Part shown: in pieces, positions 60,756 through 64,000 of the stretch | Layout: each line of letters opens with the position of its first letter | How positions within the stretch are numbered: the stretch's first letter is position 1 | Assembly: GCA_977017645.1 (NCBI GenBank) | Contig: OZ360237.1 | Location: 8,370,001-8,434,000, forward strand | From: Torpedo marmorata | Lineage: Eukaryota | Direction: 5' to 3' | DNA length: 64,000 bases | Notes under the pieces: model-generated | Seen by the model: only the letters and a program-made list of their open reading frames with translations | Database searches by the model: none | What the model was told of the DNA's origin: nothing | Made by a program: the position numbers and the translations under genes

Positions 60756-62079
60756 ATCAGTCATGGTCTTTTGGAAAGGTGGAGAAGAGTCAAGTGACTG
60801 AGTGGCTTATTCCAGTTTGTAGGTTGATATGTTTGATTGCCACGGGGACATCGGAAAACAATGACCAGAATTTGGGTCACGACTCATGGTCTTTGACCGT
60901 GCACATTCACATCATCTAGTTGTGGAGGGCTGGTTGAGCTGACTCTCAACCCCTGAGAATTGGATGCAGAGGCTTAGTGAGGCCTCATTGCCACCTAGAC
61001 TTTGTGTTCCTCCATCCCAGATGCCCACCACAACTGGAGCACGCTGAGAGGTTTTAACAGGGTGCAATCCTGCAATTGGAACTCTGCCTCTTGTCAAAGC
61101 TGAAGTATAATTTTTAAATACATCTAATTAATTAAAATTGTGGTACTTAACAAAAAATTAAAAGACTAAGAAATGGTTAAAGACATTAAAATAAGTAAAA
61201 TAAAAAGTTAATTTCTGCATTAGCTCCTCATCTCCAGGTCAGAAATTCACTTTCAAATGAGCAGGGCTTCTGACCCTACACAAGGTCAGCACATCCAAGT
61301 CCTGCCATTGGACTTCATGTGGAGTCAGGCAGTGGAGTGAAGTGACAAATGCACTGGCATCTTTCACTTAGTTTCTCTCAGCATCAGTAATTCTAGCAGC
61401 AGTCAGCCAAACCCAGTGTAATATGGGACTTGTTTGTTGCCAAAGTGAAACAATTTAGATGGGTCATGGGGGTCCCATCTCTGGGAACTCGCACTCTAAG
61501 AATAATATAAAAGTTGATGATGTTATGAAATCAAATATAAATTTTTCATTACACGGTCTGTACAGGAAATGTTACACACTTGTTATGAGCGTTATTTTTG
61601 ACATTTATATCGTGGTGGTAAATAAAGACAATTATATGATGGGGGTTAGTCACCAGAACAATTGCATTGATTACCGTACACAGCTGCAGTAAATGAATGA
61701 CAATTTGATGACTGCAGTCAAGCTTTTATTTGTAAAATTCATGGTGTAGCTTCTGCATATTATATGTAGGTCATGTGAGATTATTTCAAGTCAATGAGAT
61801 GTGCAAAAATCTCCACCTCATATATGCAAATGTATGCCAAAATATTTAATTTGTTCATTTAAAACAAAGTTTGATTTGATTCTTTATCGGAACCTGAGAC
61901 ACCACTAATTTTAGAGATGGTTTGTGTATCCCTCCAAATTACTCCACTGATAGGCCCTGCTGACACTGAGTTATGCTGGTCTTGAGTTTATTTCTGTAGG
62001 AATTTGCTCAGCACTTCAGTTTGCATGTGTTTCATACTGCGACATTGGGATGTGCAAAGCTAGAAGGGCCAAGGTTAAG

Positions 62080-62175
62080 TTTGGATGCAAGGTCATCGAC
62101 CTGAAACATAAAATTCTCCTCTCTCCGGAGGTGTTGCCTGAACTGTTGAGTACTTTCAATAATTTTGGTTTTTAA
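62080..62175 (+). mobile_element. Penelope-type terminal repeat remnant
   Basis: GATGCAAGGTCATCGACCTGAAACATAAAATTCTCCTCTCTCC...GCCTGAACTGTTGAGTACTTTCAA. Confidence 0.5.
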
Positions 62176-64000
62176 ACCAGTTTCATTGCCTAATGCTGGC
62201 TTGGTAGGAGAACAATCAGTGTCGGCTTCTAAAGTAAGAGATGTGATAGGTGAGGATGGGAATGAAATGGACTTTGATGCTAAGTGCAGTTAAATACCAC
62301 TTCTGATGGTTATCACCGTGGAGAAGTGGGGAGAATGTTAAAAAGGACATTTTGTGCTGAGTTACTCTACAATTCAATTTCACTCGTTTGGTTCATAATT
62401 GAAAAGAGCAATTTCTATCTCGACAGACAAAAGCTTCTGCAGCAACAATTTTCCATCATCATGATTTACCTACCTTTCTGGTAATTATTTTGGTCACTCT
62501 CAGCTCTACAATCTCTGCAACAGAGAAGGTGTTCATTCAGGTGGAATGAATGGGTAGGTGGGTGGGGCAGAAAAATAGGGAACTGACATTATCCAGCTTA
62601 TCCTGACAGAATGACAGCTGGTGGTCTTTGAGAAATCCACTGCAAAGGACTTCCTGACCCACAAATTGGCAAGCAGCCTTTGAAGGAAAAGCAGAGATCA
62701 TAAAAAAAATTCCACTGGCATTGAACCTGCTAACCCGTGTAACTGCCTAATGAATAACAGCTTTAATCTAATCAATATGACCATAAAAATAAGGCTGTTC
62801 TGCACGAGAGCCTCGTGGTCTCTGACGTCTGGTAGTGGTGTGGTGGGGAGGAGTTGATAAGGAAAAGAGAATGCAACTCACAAATGTTGCATTCCAAAGC
62901 AGTTCAAATACAGCCAATAAACAGAATACAATAATGTTAGAGGAAGAAAAGCACAGGATTCCAAAACTCTTACCACCTCCACCCTCCTCCTCACCTCCCC
63001 ACCCCCCACAGAGGGCGCCTGCAGTCCTGTTAATGAGTAGAAATATATTAAAGTATTTGTTGTTATAATCATGCTGGTTCATTGTACAGGGTTAGGGTTA
63101 AGCACTGTAGCATTATGCATTAATGAGTTTTGATTGGATTGGCTCTCTATGTTGGCCTATAAAACCAGCTATGAAAATTAGTAAAAGTCAACTATGCCAA
63201 ACAAAATTTTTAGTTTAGCCCACGGACAAGATCGTTTTTTTTTACAATTACAGGTAACTGGAGCATTTTTGCATTGTTATATTTTTCCCATAACTCAGAG
63301 AAATGACTCCCACTGACAAATTTGTTTTGCCAACTTTTTTCCCCCCAAGAATTTGTGGTGCAGGATGAGGAATTAAAAAAGGAACTGAGTGAAGTTTGTT
63401 TAATTCAGCATGTTGCATACATGTTAAATCCCTGATCTGCTCTGTATTTACATATTAAATGTTGGAATGACAGTCCTGGAATTACATTTATGAGCCACTC
63501 TCCTCAATATCCCTCACACCCCCACCCCCACAGCATTATGATGGTAGCTTTTCTACAAATACTTTCTCAGTAAAATCAGTCCCATTACAATAAAATGCTT
63601 TATTGTGATTTTTGGCGAGCGTCATCCGCAGGAAATCACAAATATAAATTCAGAATGCAAAATTCAAGGGCCAAGGAATGTATGTTACTCTGACAACCAT
63701 TAGTCAGGACAAAAATGGAATTTGTTGTCTGGAATAACTATTGTTTGGAGCTTGTAATTCTTGAAATATGCGTTAACTGATATTGTACATTGAGGCAATA
63801 GTTATATTAGAGTGATGTACAGTAGCTGTGAGATGTGCTTTTTTTAATTAAAGTTTCCGAACAGGAAGTGTCTGGTTAACATGTATTCAGGTTGTTTGAT
63901 TTTTAAACAAAATTAATATTTTACTAGTGGAGCCTTAAAATTATTAGTAAAATTTACTGACCTGTTCGCGAACTCCCACATTTAGTGTGACAATGCATAG

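Noticed and set aside
60825-60845. miR-190-like TGATATGTTTGAT
   Set aside because: 13-nt match only, no hairpin, next to a CR1 tail remnant.

Overview
Eukaryotic, AT-rich vertebrate genomic DNA, most likely a cartilaginous fish. This is inferred from V-domain tRNA-SINEs of the HE1 type, CR1/HER1-like, Rex1/Babar and L2 LINEs, and Penelope-type remnants. I found no recognisable host protein-coding exon in the 64 kb; every convincing ORF is transposon-derived. Layout: (1) 1-20 kb is TE-dense, with a 5'-complete but disabled Rex1/Babar LINE, a solo LTR, a minisatellite-bearing MITE nested in a SINE, and an L1 fragment nested in a MITE. (2) About 20.3-34.1 kb is a CpG-retaining domain with no recognisable TE, resembling an unmethylated developmental-gene promoter region with non-coding, possibly divergent exons. 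(3) 34-64 kb is CpG-poor, intron- or gene-desert-like sequence with enhancer-like blocks, a 472-bp near-perfect inverted duplication inserted in a SINE, and a full-length DD35D pogo (Passer/POGK-like) transposon with an uninterrupted ORF. I see no firm evidence of a wholly new biological system. The best leads are the CpG domain, the templated inverted duplication, the intact pogo element and the LTR placed upstream of the Rex1 element. Family names come from motif recognition, not database searches.
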